This document shows positions 19,051-28,869 of a DNA stretch of 64,000 nt, in pieces; position 1 is the stretch's first letter, and each line of letters starts with the position of its first letter. The DNA comes from Myxococcota bacterium (lineage in GTDB: Bacteria > Myxococcota_A > UBA796 > CAJQPC01): the NCBI GenBank assembly GCA_036229005.1, contig JAZAMN010000004.1:115902-179901 (forward strand), given 5' to 3'. The position numbers and the translations under genes are program-made. The notes under the pieces are model-generated. The model searched no databases and was not told the DNA's origin. It worked only from the letters and a program-made list of their open reading frames with translations.

Positions 19051-20078
19051 TGAGTCGACTGGTGGACCCCAGCGAGGCCGCCTACGGCGACGAGTCGGCC
19101 TTCGACCCCGCCCTGCGCCCCCGCTCGCTCGAAGAGTACGTCGGCCAGGAGCGCATCAAGGCCAACCTGCGCGTCTACATCCGCGCGGCCCTCCAGCGCG
19201 GCGAGGCCCTGGACCACGTCCTGTTCGCGGGGCCTCCCGGCCTGGGCAAGACCTCGCTGGCCTACATCCTGGGCGAGGAGCTCGGCGTCGAGGTGCGCAC
19301 CACCTCGGGCCCGGTCATCGAGCGGGGAGGGGACCTGGCCGCCCTGCTCAACAACCTCCAGGAGCGGGAGATCCTCTTCATCGACGAGATCCACCGCCTC
19401 AACCGCGCGGTCGAGGAGGTCCTCTACCCGGCCATGGAGGACTACGAGATCGACGTCGTGCTCGGCACCGGCCCCGGCGCCCAGTCCGTCAAGCTGCCCC
19501 TGCAGCGCTTCACCCTGGTCGGCGCCACCACCCGCGCCGGGCTGCTGACCTCGCCCCTGCGCGCCCGCTTCGGCATCCAGTGCAGCATGGACTTCTACAC
19601 CCCCCAGGAGCTCGTGCGCATCGTCAAGCGCAGCGCCAGCCGCCTGGAGGTGGAGATCACCGATGAGGGCGCCGACGAGCTGGGCTCCCGCTGCCGAGGC
19701 ACCCCGCGCGTGGCCAACCGGCTGCTCAAGCGCGTGCGGGACTTCGCCCAGGTCGAGGGCAGCGGCGTGATCGACCGGCCCCTGGCCAAGCTCGCGCTGG
19801 AGCGCCTCGGCGTGGACCCCGTGGGCCTGGACGAGATGGACCGCCGCATCCTGGGCACCATCGCCGACAAGTTCGACGGGGGGCCCGTGGGCCTCACCAA
19901 CCTCGCCGCCGCCATCGGCGAAGAGGCCGACACCATCGAGACCGTCTACGAGCCCTTCCTCATCCAGCAGGGCCTGCTGCAGCGCACCCCTCGGGGCCGC
20001 GTGCTGACCCGCCACGGATGGGGGCACCTTGGGCACACCCCTCCCGCCAACGCGCGGGAGCAGGAGGAGCTGTTCTGA
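19050..20078 (+). CDS. ruvB: Holliday junction helicase subunit RuvB
   Basis: [37 protein letters not shown]. Confidence 0.98.
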   Translation: MSRLVDPSEAAYGDESAFDPALRPRSLEEYVGQERIKANLRVYIRAALQRGEALDHVLFAGPPGLGKTSLAYILGEELGVEVRTTSGPVIERGGDLAALLNNLQEREILFIDEIHRLNRAVEEVLYPAMEDYEIDVVLGTGPGAQSVKLPLQRFTLVGATTRAGLLTSPLRARFGIQCSMDFYTPQELVRIVKRSASRLEVEITDEGADELGSRCRGTPRVANRLLKRVRDFAQVEGSGVIDRPLAKLALERLGVDPVGLDEMDRRILGTIADKFDGGPVGLTNLAAAIGEEADTIETVYEPFLIQQGLLQRTPRGRVLTRHGWGHLGHTPPANAREQEELF

Positions 20079-20497
20079 TGATCTGGACCCTGCTGTCCCT
20101 GGCCTGCGGCGCCAAGAAGTCCACCCTGCCCACCCAGGAGATCCAGGTCGCCGAGCTCGAGATCGAGGTCGAGATCGCCGACGATCCCGCCGAGCGCCAC
20201 CAGGGCCTCATGTACCGCCAGAAGCTCGACAAGGACGCCGGCATGCTCTTTGTCTACCCCGAGGCCTCGCCGCGCAGCTTCTGGATGGAGAACACCTCGA
20301 TCCCCCTGTCCATCGCGTTCATGGACGAGACCGGGCGGGTCCTCAACATCGAGGACATGACCCCCTACGACCGCAGCTCGGTGCCCTCCGCCGGCCCGGC
20401 CATGTACGCCCTGGAGATGAACCAGGGCTGGTTCAAGGCGCACCAGGTGGGCGTCGGCTCCGTCGTGGTCGGCCTCCCCGGTCCCTCGGAGAGCTGA
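20078..20497 (+). CDS. DUF192 family lipoprotein
   Basis: GLMYR, GMLFVY, FWMENT.IPLSIAF, ALEMNQG; TGATG coupling to ruvB. Confidence 0.88.
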   Translation: MIWTLLSLACGAKKSTLPTQEIQVAELEIEVEIADDPAERHQGLMYRQKLDKDAGMLFVYPEASPRSFWMENTSIPLSIAFMDETGRVLNIEDMTPYDRSSVPSAGPAMYALEMNQGWFKAHQVGVGSVVVGLPGPSES

Positions 20498-21328
20498 GTG
20501 CCGCTCCAGGCCACCCTGGCCGAGCCCGTCGACATCGAGGGCGTGGGCCTCCACTCCGGCCAGCCCGCGCGCCTGCGCCTGCTCCCTGCCCCGGCCGGAC
20601 ACGGGCGCCGCTTCCAGCGCATGGATCTCCCCGGCCAGCCCGAGATCCCCGCCCACATCGACCAGGTGCGAGACACCTTCCTGGCCACCACCCTCGGCCA
20701 GGGCCCGGCCAGCGTCTCCACCGTCGAACACCTGCTGGCCGCCTGCGTCATCTGCGGCGTGGACAACCTCCAGGTCCAGGTCTGGGGGAGCGAGCTGCCG
20801 GTGCTGGACGGGAGCGCGGCTCCCTTCATGGACAGGTTCACCTCGCTGACACCCCAGAGTGCTGCGCCGGTGTTGGAGATCCTGGCCCCCGTCGAGGTGC
20901 GGCTGGATGCGCGCGCGGCCCGGATCCTCCCCTCCCCGGAGCTGCGCCTGGAGCTGGCGATCGACTTTGAGCACCCCGCCATCGGCCGGCAGTCCCTGAG
21001 CCTGGGGCCTCAAGACTTCGCGTCGGTGGCGACGGCCCGCACCTTTGGGTTCGCGGAGCAGATCCAGGCGCTGCATCAGGCCGGCAGGGCGCTGGGGGGC
21101 AGCCTGGACAACGCGCTGGTCTTTGACGCCGCTGGACCGGTCAACGCGCCGCGCATGGCCGATGAGCCGGTGCGCCACAAGGCCTTGGATCTGCTGGGGG
21201 ATCTCGCCTTGGTGGGCGCGCGCCTGCAGGGGAGGGTGGTGACCGAGCGGCCGGGGCACGCGCTGACGCAGGCGCTGCTGACCGAGCTGATGCGGCGGCC
21301 GGAGTGCTGGCGGCTCAACACGCCCTGA
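20498..21328 (+). CDS. lpxC: UDP-3-O-acyl-GlcNAc deacetylase LpxC
   Basis: GVGLHSG, TVEHLLAA, PVLDGSA, ARTFGF, HKALDLLGDL. Confidence 0.96.
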   Translation: MPLQATLAEPVDIEGVGLHSGQPARLRLLPAPAGHGRRFQRMDLPGQPEIPAHIDQVRDTFLATTLGQGPASVSTVEHLLAACVICGVDNLQVQVWGSELPVLDGSAAPFMDRFTSLTPQSAAPVLEILAPVEVRLDARAARILPSPELRLELAIDFEHPAIGRQSLSLGPQDFASVATARTFGFAEQIQALHQAGRALGGSLDNALVFDAAGPVNAPRMADEPVRHKALDLLGDLALVGARLQGRVVTERPGHALTQALLTELMRRPECWRLNTP

Positions 21329-21374
21329 GCGGTGGGCCCAACGGTGGGCTCAGCGGGCGCGGAGCCAGGCCCCG

Positions 21375-21413
21375 AAAAGAAGAAACCCGCCGTCCCATGA
21401 TTGGGCTGGCGGG
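21375..21413 (-). terminator. Intrinsic terminator
   Basis: Minus-strand hairpin CCCGCC...GGCGGG (21386-21413) followed by TTTCTTCTTTT. Confidence 0.75.
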
Positions 21414-21442
21414 CTCTTGCAAAGGTTGAAAACGGCTCAGCC

Positions 21443-21490
21443 CTACTTCTTGGGACCGGGCTTGGGGCGGGGGGAAGGACGCCACTTCAT
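21443..21490 (-). CDS. Small ORF, 15-aa peptide MKWRPSPRPKPGPKK
   Basis: GGAGG RBS 5 nt before ATG; upstream promoter and downstream terminator on the same strand. Confidence 0.55.
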   Translation of the reverse strand: MKWRPSPRPKPGPKK

Positions 21491-21538
21491 GATTGCCTCC
21501 AGAGCGATAGGTTCCCTGGGCTGGCCCAGGCATCGTCA

Positions 21539-21567
21539 AGATTGCTCGTTTCCTCCGGTCGTGTCAA
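21539..21567 (-). promoter_or_regulatory. Candidate sigma70-type promoter TTGACA-N17-CAATCT
   Basis: Perfect -35 (minus strand, 21562-21567), 17-nt spacer, -10 with A2/T6 conserved. Confidence 0.5.
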
Positions 21568-21593
21568 GTGCTTTGGCAACTCAGGAGTGTTCT

Positions 21594-22529
21594 TTGGCCC
21601 TCGCCGATGCCTGGATCCCCGGTGGAGACACCCCCGCCCTGCCCAAGGGCCCCCCCTACGCCGCCACCGAGCTCACGGAGTGGGCGGGCGCGGCCTTCGA
21701 GATGCCGCCTGGAGACCCGATCCTCGCGGACATCCACGTCGGCGGGCCGGCGCCAGAGGGGCCGCTGTGCAACCTGGTCGGGCTGGTGAAGGCCTGGGAC
21801 GACCACCCCGAGTGGCTGGACTTCCTGGACCCCAGCGCCCCCAGCCACGTCCAGAAGATGCTGGAGCGGGGGATCTACGAGCACCACTGGGGCGAGCTGC
21901 TGCCCGAACGCGGGCGCGTGCTGGATCTGGGCGGGGGCTGCGGTCGCTTCGCCGCCTGGCTGCTGGACCGGGGCCTGGACGTCGAGGTCGTGGATCCCGA
22001 TCTGCGCTCGCTGTGGCGCTGTCTGCAGCACGCCGCGGGCCGCCCGGGGCGCGTGGATCTCCACTGGAGCACCGGCGAGCACCTGCCCGATCTGGCGCCC
22101 GTCGACGCGGTGATCATGCCGGAGGTCCTCAACTATGTGAGCGACCCCGATCGCATCCTGGACGGCGTGGCGCGCATCCTCAAGCCAGGGGGCAAGCTCT
22201 TTGTCTCGGTGGAGGCGCGCTGGGGCTGGGCCGCCGCCCTGGATGTGCCGCCCGGGACCCTGCAGGCGCTGCTGGAGGACGGAGAGGTCCACAAGCCCGG
22301 GGACGTCTGGGTCCACACCTACGAGGGCGATGAGCTGCGCGAGCTCCTCTCCAATCACTTTGCCGTCGAGGTGCTGCTGCCCACGCACTACATCCCCTCG
22401 GGTCCCTTCGAGCTGGCCGCCGGAGAGGTGGACCTGCCGGAGGTGCTGGAGCTGGAGGCCCAGCTTCGGGAGCACCCCCGGACCGCGCACCTCAATCGCG
22501 CCTGGATGGCCGTCGCGACCCGCAAGTAG
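21594..22529 (+). CDS. Class I SAM-dependent methyltransferase
   Basis: VLDLGGGCG; ARILKPGG; TTG start after CAGGAG. Confidence 0.82.
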   Translation: MALADAWIPGGDTPALPKGPPYAATELTEWAGAAFEMPPGDPILADIHVGGPAPEGPLCNLVGLVKAWDDHPEWLDFLDPSAPSHVQKMLERGIYEHHWGELLPERGRVLDLGGGCGRFAAWLLDRGLDVEVVDPDLRSLWRCLQHAAGRPGRVDLHWSTGEHLPDLAPVDAVIMPEVLNYVSDPDRILDGVARILKPGGKLFVSVEARWGWAAALDVPPGTLQALLEDGEVHKPGDVWVHTYEGDELRELLSNHFAVEVLLPTHYIPSGPFELAAGEVDLPEVLELEAQLREHPRTAHLNRAWMAVATRK

Positions 22530-22606
22530 GCGGGGACTTCTCGCGCCTTTTCTCGCACGGCGGGGCAAGACGCGGCACACTAAGGGAGATCAGCCTTGGA
22601 GTCTTC

Positions 22607-24148
22607 ATGCGGGTGATGCTCGTCCAGCCGCCGCGCCGCTACTGGCCCTACACCTCGGAAGGGGACAACTTCCTGCTCCAGCAGGCGCTCCCCGCGCTGG
22701 CCGCCGTGGCCATCGAGGAGGGACACGAGGTCGAGGTGGTCGACTGCATGCCGGCCCACATCGGCTGGCGCAGCCTCCACGACAAGGTCCGGGACTTCAA
22801 GCCCCACGTCATCGGCTGCGGTGAGAACCACGCGCTCTACTCCAAGGAGGCCATGCGCTTCTTCCGGCTGTGTCGGGAGGCGGCCCCCGAGGCCGTGACC
22901 GTCGCGGGCGGTGGCCACTTCACCAACCTGGCTGAGCGCTACGCTGCGCACCCCGACATCGACCTGATCGTCGTGGGCGAGGGCGAGCTCACCTTCGCCC
23001 AGGTCCTGCGCGAGATCGACGGCGGCCGGCACCCCAACGACGGGGACTGGGACGACGTCGACGGCATCGCCTTCGGGCGCGACGGCGGGGCCGTGAAGAC
23101 CAAGCCCGCCCGCCTGGTCAAGCACCTGGATGACCTGCCCATCCCGGCCTACGACCGCATGCCCATGCACCTGTATGGGACCAGCCGCTACCTGTTCTCG
23201 CCCGGCGGCAGCACCCTGCACCACTCCCGCGGCTGCGTGTCCAAGTGCAGCTTCTGCGCCTGGTGGACCACCATGGCCGACCGCCGGGTGGACAAGGACG
23301 GCAACGAGCGCCTCAGCCCCCGCTGGCGCTCCAAGTCGGCCGACCGCATGATGGAGGAGGTCGAGCTCCTCTACTACAAGTTCGGCAAGCGCAGCTTTGT
23401 CTGGGTGGACGAGAGCTGGAACATCGACCCCCGCTTCAACCACGAGTTCAGCACCAAGATGCTGGAGTCGGGCATGAAGACCAAGTGGATGACCTTCATG
23501 CGCGCCGACTGCATCGTGCGCGACCACGAGAAGGGCATCCTGGAGGAGCAGGTCCGGGCCGGCCTCTCCCACATCCTGATCGGCGTCGAGCGGGCCGAAG
23601 ACGACAACCTCACCGAGCTCGACAAGCGCTTCTACACCGGCGGCATCGCCGAGCGCGCCATCGCCATCTTCAAGGAGCACTACCCGGAGGTCTTCATCCA
23701 GGCGACCTTCATCGTGGGCGTGAAGAACGAGAACCAGGAGAGCCTCAAGCGCCAGGTCGAGCTCGCCCAGCGCCTGGACGTGGACTTCCCGGCCTTCCAC
23801 CCCATCACCCCGGTCCCCGGGACGCCCATCTTCGATGACGCGCTCAAGAACGGGCACATCACGATGGACGACTTCGACGACTTCGACTGGCTGTCTCCGG
23901 TGCTGGACACCGACTACATGACCCGCCACGAGATCGCCGAAGAGATCTACAAGATGAACAAGAAGTTCGTGAACCCCAAGTGGATCCTGCGAGGCCTGAC
24001 CTCAAAGGTCGACTACAAGCGGGACATGTACATCTGGTTCGCCAAGGTCTCCGCGATGATGGCCGCCGGCACCATCAAGGAGAAGCTCAACCCCTTTGAT
24101 GTGGGCCACTACCAGGCGCTGGTCAAGCCGCACTGGTACGACGGCTGA
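22607..24148 (+). CDS. Cobalamin-dependent radical SAM enzyme
   Basis: N-terminal B12-binding domain (VAGGGH, VVGEGE), SRGCVSKCSFC, TPVPGT. Confidence 0.92.
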   Translation: MRVMLVQPPRRYWPYTSEGDNFLLQQALPALAAVAIEEGHEVEVVDCMPAHIGWRSLHDKVRDFKPHVIGCGENHALYSKEAMRFFRLCREAAPEAVTVAGGGHFTNLAERYAAHPDIDLIVVGEGELTFAQVLREIDGGRHPNDGDWDDVDGIAFGRDGGAVKTKPARLVKHLDDLPIPAYDRMPMHLYGTSRYLFSPGGSTLHHSRGCVSKCSFCAWWTTMADRRVDKDGNERLSPRWRSKSADRMMEEVELLYYKFGKRSFVWVDESWNIDPRFNHEFSTKMLESGMKTKWMTFMRADCIVRDHEKGILEEQVRAGLSHILIGVERAEDDNLTELDKRFYTGGIAERAIAIFKEHYPEVFIQATFIVGVKNENQESLKRQVELAQRLDVDFPAFHPITPVPGTPIFDDALKNGHITMDDFDDFDWLSPVLDTDYMTRHEIAEEIYKMNKKFVNPKWILRGLTSKVDYKRDMYIWFAKVSAMMAAGTIKEKLNPFDVGHYQALVKPHWYDG

Positions 24149-25853
24149 TCCACAGCTCAGGGGGCACCACGGCCTGCAGCGCTCGGGTGAGCTCAGCGGG
24201 CTGCAGGGGCTTGCTCAGGTGGCCGTCCATCCCGGCCTGCTCCCCGGCCTCCACGTCCTCGGGCAGCACGGAGGCCGTGACGCCGATGATGGGCAGGGTG
24301 AAGCCTCGCGCGCGGGCCTGCAGGGTGGCCTCCAGGCCGCCCATCGCGGGCATGTGGTGGTCCATGAGGACCGCGGTGAAGCGGACCCCTGACTCCAGCG
24401 CCGCCAGGGCCTCCAGGCCGTCTTTTGCGATCACCACCTGCAGCCCCAGCGCCTCGCACATGCGCCGGATGACCACCTGATTGACGGGGTTGTCCTCGGC
24501 CAGGAGGATGGGGGCGAGCGTGTTGGACACCATGAGCCTGGACTCACAGCGCTCTGGCTCGGTGAGCTCCGCGCGCTCCACGGGGGCCCGGATCACGAAG
24601 GCCGAGCCGCCCTGGGGCCGGCGTGAGGCGCTCAGGGTGCCCGCCATGGAGGACACGATCTGCTTGGAGATGGCCAGCCCCAGGCCTGTGCCTCCGAAGC
24701 GCCGGGTCACCGAGCCGTCGCCCTGTTGGAAGGGGTCGAACAGCCGCGCGCTGTCCTCCGGGATCCCGATGCCGGTGTCCAGCACGGAGAGCTCCAGCGC
24801 CCCATCCCAGCGCGCGCGGACCAGGACCTGCCCCTCGCTGGTGAACTTGAGCGCGTTGCCCACCAGGTTGAACAAGAGCTGCCGCATGCGGGAGGGATCG
24901 AGCATGAGGCCCTCGGGCACCTGCTCCCCAACCTCCAGCCTCAGGGCCACTCCAGGTTGCGCCCGGCTCCGCATTGTGTCGAGGACATCGACGAGCAGAG
25001 CGCGCAGGTCGCAAGGGATGGGGTCCATGGGCAGCCGGGTCTGCTCGCCGCGGGAGAAGTCCAGCACGTCGTTGACCAGCGCCAGCAGGAGCTGGCCGGA
25101 GCTGCGGGCGGTCTTGAGGCTGCGGGTCTGCTCCGGGGTGAGCGGGCCGTCGCCTTCGATGAGCGCCAGCATGCCCAGCACACCGTTGAGCGGCGTGCGG
25201 ATCTCGTGGGACATGCGGGCCAGGAACTCCCGACGCACCTGCGCCGCCTCGGCCGCTCGCTCCGCCGCTGTGGCCGCCGCTGTCGCCGCCGCGGTGGCCT
25301 GCTCACTGCGCTGGGACAGGCCCAGGTTGGCCTGCCACAGGCCCCGCTGTCCCGCCAGCCGCATGTGGACCAGCAGCGCGGCCACGATGAGCGCGACGCC
25401 GACGGACACGGCCTGGTCGGTCGTGACGGGGTGCTCTCCGCCCTGCAGCCACAGCAGGGTCTGGAGCGCGTGCGCAGTGACGATCCCGTAGGCCAGCCGG
25501 GGAGAGAAGGGGAAGGAGGTCAGCGCCATCATCACCAGGATGCTCAGGAGCAGCGAGCGCGCCTCTCCAAAGAGCGGCACGTTCACCCACAGCACCATGG
25601 TGCCGGCCATCACCGCCGCCGCTGCGAGCAGAGCTTCCCGAAGCCTGGGGGTCTGCATGTGCGCCAGGATGTAGAGCAGCAGGGGGCCGACCAGCTCAAG
25701 GGTGCGCTCCGGCCAGGGGACCCCGGCCAGACCGACGCGGGCGATGTCCGCCCCCACGGCCACGAGCACGGTCGCGCAGTAGGCCGCGGCCACGGCCCTC
25801 CCGGTCTGCGACTGGACCTCGCGGAGGTATTCACCGAAGCCGTGGAGGCTCAT
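24123..25853 (-). CDS. Membrane-bound hybrid histidine kinase/response regulator
   Basis: TM N-terminus, MSHEIRTPLNG H-box, NLVGNALKFT, GGTGLGL, LAEDNPVN receiver. Confidence 0.92.
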   Translation of the reverse strand: MSLHGFGEYLREVQSQTGRAVAAAYCATVLVAVGADIARVGLAGVPWPERTLELVGPLLLYILAHMQTPRLREALLAAAAVMAGTMVLWVNVPLFGEARSLLLSILVMMALTSFPFSPRLAYGIVTAHALQTLLWLQGGEHPVTTDQAVSVGVALIVAALLVHMRLAGQRGLWQANLGLSQRSEQATAAATAAATAAERAAEAAQVRREFLARMSHEIRTPLNGVLGMLALIEGDGPLTPEQTRSLKTARSSGQLLLALVNDVLDFSRGEQTRLPMDPIPCDLRALLVDVLDTMRSRAQPGVALRLEVGEQVPEGLMLDPSRMRQLLFNLVGNALKFTSEGQVLVRARWDGALELSVLDTGIGIPEDSARLFDPFQQGDGSVTRRFGGTGLGLAISKQIVSSMAGTLSASRRPQGGSAFVIRAPVERAELTEPERCESRLMVSNTLAPILLAEDNPVNQVVIRRMCEALGLQVVIAKDGLEALAALESGVRFTAVLMDHHMPAMGGLEATLQARARGFTLPIIGVTASVLPEDVEAGEQAGMDGHLSKPLQPAELTRALQAVVPPELWISRRTSAA

Positions 25854-25999
25854 GTGCTGACCTGCTCGGGGCTGGCGCCGAGCGCCCGGATCCGCGTCCT
25901 GAACAGGCTGCTTCCGGCGGGCTTGCGGGGGCCGCGGACGTACTGGCGCACCCTGGAGGCCAGGCTCTGCTGCAGGCTCGGGCGAGGGACAGCGCTCAC
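25850..25999 (-). CDS. Small hypothetical protein (49 aa)
   Basis: GTG start after G-rich RBS; stop overlaps kinase start (ATGA). Confidence 0.35.
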   Translation of the reverse strand: MSAVPRPSLQQSLASRVRQYVRGPRKPAGSSLFRTRIRALGASPEQVST

Positions 26000-26019
26000 C
26001 CCCCCTGTATCGGAATCGC

Positions 26020-26688
26020 CTAGTCCTTCTTGACCCGCAGGCGCGTGTGGATGCCGCACTCCGTCTTGCCACCGGCGAAGATCCGGCCGGCCCGCTCGTC
26101 CTCTCCGGCCTTGAGCTTCCGGGTGCAGGGGGCGCAGCCCACCGACCCGTATCCCTGCTCAAGCAGCGGGTTGAAGGGGATGCCGTTCTCCCGCATGTAG
26201 GCGTTCACCCAGGCGCGGTCCTTCCGGGCCAGGGGGTTGATCTTGACGAAGCCGTCCTCGTCTCGCTGGATGTGCGCGAGGCCGGCCCGCATGCCGCCCT
26301 GATCTCCGCGTCGGGCGTTGACCCAGGCGCGCTTGCCCTCGAGCGCCGCGGCCAGCGGTGCGACCTTGCGGTGGTCACAGCAGGCCAGCCGGTCCTCTCG
26401 CCAGGTGGGACCGAAGGGCTCGGGGTGGAAGGGGGTGATCTCCACGTCCAGGAAGGCGGCGACGTCCTGCGCGTACTGCAGGGTCTCGGGGAAGTGGAAG
26501 CCGGTGTCCAGGAAGATGCAGCGCACCTTCGCGCTGTGCTTGCGGGCCATGTGCAGCAGGATGATGCCGCCCGGCCCGAGGCCGGTGGTGAAGGCGAGGT
26601 CGTCGCCGTAGACATCCATGGCCCAGTGCAACAGGGGCTCGGGCTCGAGATCGGGGCGGCCCAGGGGGCGGGCGAGTGCAGCGCTCAT
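26020..26688 (-). CDS. cysH: APS/PAPS reductase CysH
   Basis: LDTGFHFPET, CC..RKV.PL, GYGSVGCAPCT, KTECGIH; Fe-S Cys pairs indicate APS type. Confidence 0.92.
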   Translation of the reverse strand: MSAALARPLGRPDLEPEPLLHWAMDVYGDDLAFTTGLGPGGIILLHMARKHSAKVRCIFLDTGFHFPETLQYAQDVAAFLDVEITPFHPEPFGPTWREDRLACCDHRKVAPLAAALEGKRAWVNARRGDQGGMRAGLAHIQRDEDGFVKINPLARKDRAWVNAYMRENGIPFNPLLEQGYGSVGCAPCTRKLKAGEDERAGRIFAGGKTECGIHTRLRVKKD

Positions 26689-26710
26689 TGAGGCCGCATA
26701 ACGCGCGCAC

Positions 26711-28477
26711 TCAGCGCAGGGGGGCCAGGACCTTGGCGGTCTCCCCGGCCTTGACCTGCACGCTGCTGCTGTAGTCCAGCCCGATCTGCTCGTTGACCAC
26801 GCGCACGGTGTGGGGGCCAGCGGGCAGCTCGTAGTTGAACTTGGGGGTGCGGCCGATGTTCTTGCCGTCCACGAAGACGTTGCCCCAGCCCTTGCCGCCG
26901 CTGATGTTGATGCTCAGCTTGCCCGTCTTCACGGCCTCGGGCTCCGGAGTGGGATCGGGCTTGGGAGCCGGCGTCGCCTGGGGCTTGGGGGTGGGCTCAG
27001 GCTCCGGGGTGGTGTCGCGGCCCTGGGCGCTCGGTCGGCTGGGCTCAGGCTCAGGCTCGGGCTCGGGCTCGGCCTCCAGGCGCAGGGACATCACGACGCG
27101 CTCGCCGGCGACGATGTCGACGATCTCCTCCAGGGGGAGGTGTCCATCGGCTTCGATCCGCAGGGCCAGGTCGCCGGGGGACAGGTGCTCCAGAGCCACT
27201 TGGGTGCCCTCGCCCAGGAGCTTCTCGCCCTGGTAGACCTTGGCGGGCACGTTCAGGCGGAGCTGGAGCGCGCCCTCGGTGGGGAGGACCTTGACCTCTT
27301 CGATCACCACCTCTGGGGCGGGCTTGTCGCGGGTCAGCAGCACGCCGACCACGCCCAGGAGCAGGAGCACGGAGACCAGCGCCACCACCAGGGGCAGGCG
27401 GCTTGGGGGGGCGCTGTCCTGCTGCATGGTGGTGCCGGAGCCGGGGCCCTCCTCCCAGTCGGGGGAGAGGGTCAGGTCGGGCTCGGCCTTGTGGAGCTCC
27501 TCGGCGATCCGGGAGCCGTAGGCCAGGCGGTCCCGCTCTTCGGCGCGCTCCTCGGCGAAGAGCTCGCTGATGAAGGCGGACAGGGAGCGCTGCACAGCGG
27601 AGGCGGGCTGCGGGTACAGGTACTCGATCAGCGCCTGCTGGAACTCCGCGGCGTCCTGGTAGCGCTCGTCGAGATCCGCGCAGAGCGCCTTCATGACGAC
27701 CGCGTCCAGGCGCTTGTCGATCAGGGAGTTCACCGAGCTGGGGGGCCCGATGTCGACGCTCTTGATCTTCTCCAGGGTCTTGAGCTCGGAGTCCGTCTTG
27801 AACAGGCGCCGGCCGGTCAGCATCTCGTAGAGGATGATGCCCACGGAGAAGATGTCGGACTGCTGGGAGAGGTCCTTTCCGTGCGCCTGCTCGGGGCTCA
27901 TGTACTCGAACTTGCCCTTGAGCACACCGTCCTTGGTGTTGTACTGGGACATCTCCGCCTTGGCGATGCCAAAGTCCGCGACCTTGACCTCGCCCTCGAA
28001 GCTGACCAGCACGTTGCTGGGGCTCATGTCGCGGTGGATGATGTTCAGGCTCTCGCCGTGCAGGGTCTTCTTGCAGTGGGCGAAGTGCAGGCCCTTGCAG
28101 GCCTCGTGGGCGATGTAGACCGCGAACTCCTCTGGCAGGAGCTTGCGGCGCTTGGCCAGCTTGCGCAGGATCTGCTTGACGTCCTTGCCGTCGACCCACT
28201 CCATCGAGATGAAGTAGTTGTCGCGGATCTTGCCGAAGTCGTAGATCTGCACGATGTTGGCGTGCTGCAGGGACACGGAGATCTTGGCTTCGTCGATGAA
28301 CATGTCGACGAACTCTTCGTTGTCCGAGAGGTGCGCCAGGATCCGCTTGATGACCTGGAGCTTCTCGAAGCCCGCGGTGGAGTAGCTCTTGGCCTTGAAG
28401 ATCTCGGCCATGCCGCCCGTCGCGATGCGGTCGATCAAGTAGTACTTGCCGAAGACTTCGGGCTCGAAATGGGCCAA
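26711..28477 (-). CDS. Transmembrane Ser/Thr protein kinase with PEGA domains
   Basis: GGMAE, HRDMSPSN, DFGIAK, GKFEYMSPEQ, TM, Pro-rich linker, VFVDG. Confidence 0.95.
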   Translation of the reverse strand: MAHFEPEVFGKYYLIDRIATGGMAEIFKAKSYSTAGFEKLQVIKRILAHLSDNEEFVDMFIDEAKISVSLQHANIVQIYDFGKIRDNYFISMEWVDGKDVKQILRKLAKRRKLLPEEFAVYIAHEACKGLHFAHCKKTLHGESLNIIHRDMSPSNVLVSFEGEVKVADFGIAKAEMSQYNTKDGVLKGKFEYMSPEQAHGKDLSQQSDIFSVGIILYEMLTGRRLFKTDSELKTLEKIKSVDIGPPSSVNSLIDKRLDAVVMKALCADLDERYQDAAEFQQALIEYLYPQPASAVQRSLSAFISELFAEERAEERDRLAYGSRIAEELHKAEPDLTLSPDWEEGPGSGTTMQQDSAPPSRLPLVVALVSVLLLLGVVGVLLTRDKPAPEVVIEEVKVLPTEGALQLRLNVPAKVYQGEKLLGEGTQVALEHLSPGDLALRIEADGHLPLEEIVDIVAGERVVMSLRLEAEPEPEPEPEPSRPSAQGRDTTPEPEPTPKPQATPAPKPDPTPEPEAVKTGKLSINISGGKGWGNVFVDGKNIGRTPKFNYELPAGPHTVRVVNEQIGLDYSSSVQVKAGETAKVLAPLR

Positions 28478-28537
28478 GGGCGACTCGTCGTTGAACTCAG
28501 GCGGGAAGCTTACCCGATGTTGACGCGGAATTGGGGG

Positions 28538-28810
28538 CTACTCCAGCCCCATGTAGCGCGCAGCGTCTTCGCAGGTCCACTCCGCCTGGATGGTCTCCAG
28601 GTCCCCGTTCTCCGCGCAGACCTGGCGCTGGTCACGGGTGGTGCTGCGCCGGTTGTGGTCGGAGATGCAGGTCTTGGTGGCGTCAGCCGGCACGGTGTAG
28701 CCGCACTCGGTGGCGTAGTCCTCGAGCTCCACGCAGATCTGCTGACAGCTATTGCGGCAGCCGGTCGCGGCCAGAGCGAGCAGCGCGGCGGCGGTGAGGG
28801 CCCGGGTCAT
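28538..28810 (-). CDS. Small Cys-rich lipoprotein
   Basis: Lipobox ATGC followed by six further Cys. Confidence 0.75.
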   Translation of the reverse strand: MTRALTAAALLALAATGCRNSCQQICVELEDYATECGYTVPADATKTCISDHNRRSTTRDQRQVCAENGDLETIQAEWTCEDAARYMGLE

Positions 28811-28869
28811 TTGCGCTCCTGTGGGTTGTGCACCCGCTCAGGCTAACCTGTGGCCCAGCGGATGGCCCC

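Noticed and set aside
17954..20078. Functional link between ruvCAB and the IS110 element
   Set aside because: Standard housekeeping operon 11 kb away with no sequence evidence of association
21329..21590. SRP, 6S RNA or riboswitch
   Set aside because: No diagnostic motifs recognised by eye; a small-ORF transcript fits better, but an Rfam scan is needed
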